Positions 61,859 to 64,000 of a stretch of DNA of 64,000 bases are shown piece after piece. Every line of letters starts with the position of its first letter. Position 1 is the first letter of the stretch. The notes below the pieces were generated by a model that saw only the letters and a list, made by a program, of their open reading frames with translations, ran no database searches and was not told the origin of the DNA. The position numbers and the translations under genes are program-made. Location of the stretch: NCBI GenBank assembly GCA_026026165.1, contig JAPEUD010000001.1:186001-250000 (forward strand), written 5' to 3'. Source of the stretch: Sarea resinae. Lineage: Eukaryota.

Positions 61859-63376
61859 TTATATCTTGACGCTGGATTTCGAAAAGCAAGGTATAGTTAG
61901 CCATGTCTCCGGCACAAGATCGCGGAGGTCAAGTCCAAAAGCCAAAAAAGGGGGAAACGTGCCTCCATGGATGTTCCTCGTCGCCATATTGAATGCCCTC
62001 GATCCAGCCCTTCATCCTGGCCGCCAACTCGCCGGCCTCCTCGTCCTCCTTCAACCCACAGCTCACCAAGCGGCCCTTCCAGCTGATGGCGCGAACAGGG
62101 CTCACGACGGCGGCGGTCCCGGCGCCAAACGCCTCGATCAGTCGGCCCTCGTCCGCCGCCTCGGCCAGCTCTGCCATAGTGTACTTTCGCTCCGTGACCG
62201 CCCAGCCCTCGGGCACAAGCCGCTCTCGAGCGAGCGCGAGGATCGAGTCGCGCGTGACGCCTTCCAGGATGGTGCCGTCCAGAGGCGCGGTCAAGAGTTC
62301 CTTCTGGCCCGTCTGCTTGTTGATTACGGCCGCGAAGAAGTTCATCGTCCCCACCTCGGTCACGTAGTCCTTTTCGCCGAACAGCCAGAGGTTCTGGTGG
62401 AAGCCGCGGGCGGCTGCTTGCAGTTGCGGCACGATGCACGGCGCGTAGTTGGCGCCGAGCTTTTTGTCGCCCACGCCGCCGGGCCAGGCGCGCACGGCGT
62501 AATCGGTCGCTTCGAGCGAGACGGCTTTGAATCCCGTCGGGTAGTAGGGGCCTACTGGGGAGGCGATTACGTAGAGCAGGGCGCTGCCTGGAGGGCCGAC
62601 GCCGAGCGTGCGTTGTGTGCCGATTGCAGTGGGGCGTAGGTAGAGGGAGTAGCCGCGGGCACTATGTCTTTGAGATTAGATTTTTTGGCTGCTGGGAGGA
62701 TGTTATGTGTGGAAGGGATGTTTGGAAAGAGGGGGAATTGTTGATTGTTGGTGGCTTGCTTACGCGGGGATGAAGCGTTCTTCAAGTTTCACGAATTTGG
62801 AGAGCACGTCCATGAAGGCGGGGCCGTCGAACGTCGGCAGGGCAATGCGTGCGCAGGACTTGTTGAGACGAGCCATGTTCTTGTCGGGGCGAAAGAGGCG
62901 GATGTTGCCTTGCTTGTCCTTGTAGGCTTTCATTCCCTCGAAGCACTCGAAGGCGTAATGGAAGACGCAGGTTGCGGGGTCGAGACTCAGGTTCTGGTAG
63001 GGGGTGATTCGCGGTGCGAGCCAGCCTTCTGAGGCCGTCCATTCGATGGAGAGCATGTGGTCTGGCGGATTTGAGACAGATGTTAGCGGATGCTGCTGGC
63101 TGACGGAGATCAAGTTTACAAACCGGTAAAAGTCCGGCCAAAGACGAGTTGTTCTGGCGGGGAGAGCTCTGACGGGGTGGTGGTCTTTGCGATCGAGAGC
63201 TTGGAAGAGTCAATGCCTGGCAGCTGCGACTGTGCCGGTGAGTCCACCTGGACGCTATAGAGTCTGCGTGCTTGGGAGACATAGCGGAGTGAAGCCAGCT
63301 GGGGAAGGCTGCGGCTTGCTCGTGTGGGGACGGTGACGGTGGAGGCGGGTAGCCTCCTGAGGCATTGACGGAGCAT
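61859..63376 (-). CDS. BAT1: Branched-chain amino acid aminotransferase, mitochondrial precursor; exons 63376-63124, 63061-62764, 62661-61963, 61871-61859
   Basis: Presequence MLRQCLRRL.., [48 protein letters not shown] (PLP Lys), [23 protein letters not shown]; last intron is GC-AG. Confidence 0.96.
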
Positions 63377-64000
63377 GGTAGTGGTGGTGCTGAAGGGTCT
63401 GCAGGGAGATGGAGCTGGAGATGAAGACGGAGTTGATCGAGGCACGGGAGGGGCGGTATTTGATCCTTTTGCCTGCTCCTGAGTCAATTGGCGAGACGGT
63501 GATAGTGGTGATAATGAGCGCTGTGATCTTGTTACCTTCCCTCTCTCGGCATAGGTGCCGATATCGTCGCGGGCAGTACAAAGTACATAGTACCCGTTCA
63601 CTGATCGGGTCCATGATGTTCCGAGATCACACCCCTCGGCTGAACTAAAGTCCGAAGACGAGGGCAATCGGTGCCATCCGTGGATCAATGATGGTTCCCG
63701 AGTCCGTCATGCCCATTGGATGCATTAGCTAAGCCATCAACGACCTCATGAATCGATCGACAGGTGCCCCGTCATCTTGATTACGATCCGAGATAGCCTC
63801 AAGTCGAATCTCTGACCGGAGAAGCGACTCGCGGCCCAGAGATACCCAAGCTCCAATTGCTTCTTCCAAGTATACATCCAGCATACATCTCCTGGACCCG
63901 AGAGAGATGGGTGCCTGATGGCCCAATAGCCATTTGCGCGTTGCGCGACAGCACAACCACGCTCTTCAAAGGAATACAGGGCTGTGGCCCTTGCATCAAT

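Noticed and set aside
63377..63688. 104-codon open frame upstream of the BAT1 ATG
   Set aside because: Starts at TTG, is low-complexity, and the ATG at 63376 has good context and begins a typical mitochondrial presequence
1..64000. CRISPR array, prophage, secondary-metabolite cluster or intact mobile element
   Set aside because: Eukaryotic DNA with no repeat-spacer array, no PKS/NRPS/terpene synthase and no transposase, RT, integrase or tyrosine recombinase motifs seen

Overview
Eukaryotic, intron-containing DNA from a filamentous ascomycete (Pezizomycotina): short GT-AG introns with CTRAY branch points, a Zn2Cys6 factor and fungal-type housekeeping genes. About 20 protein-coding genes can be modelled by hand: a small hydrophilic protein, a bHLH factor, a PhoD-like phosphatase, a CIA30-family protein, a bZIP factor, CK2 beta, an HmgR-like Zn2Cys6 factor next to fumarylacetoacetase, a CHORD-CS co-chaperone, a glutaredoxin-like protein, an HpcH/HpaI aldolase, two F-box-like proteins, Lsm8, a nucleoside hydrolase, the Ca-ATPase Pmc1, NDUFB11, a DHA1 MFS transporter, a GPI-type wall protein and a branched-chain aminotransferase. 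I found no tRNA, rRNA, CRISPR array or recognisable transposon ORF, and no new multi-gene pathway. The most unusual signals are non-coding. (1) A ~1.8 kb RIP-like island lacks CpA/CpG when a pyrimidine lies 5' (YCR) but keeps RCR, and it looks like a microsatellite field rather than a transposon. (2) Microsatellite islands recur at gene 3' ends next to GC-rich coding sequence. (3) The 9-mer TACGGAGTA occurs 8 times, always between genes. (4) A ~9.7 kb gene-free region lies upstream of the bZIP gene. (5) A three-exon orphan gene is hidden divergent from PMC1. (6) A GC-AG terminal intron is present in the aminotransferase. All exon boundaries and counts were read by eye; family names come from motif recall, not database searches.
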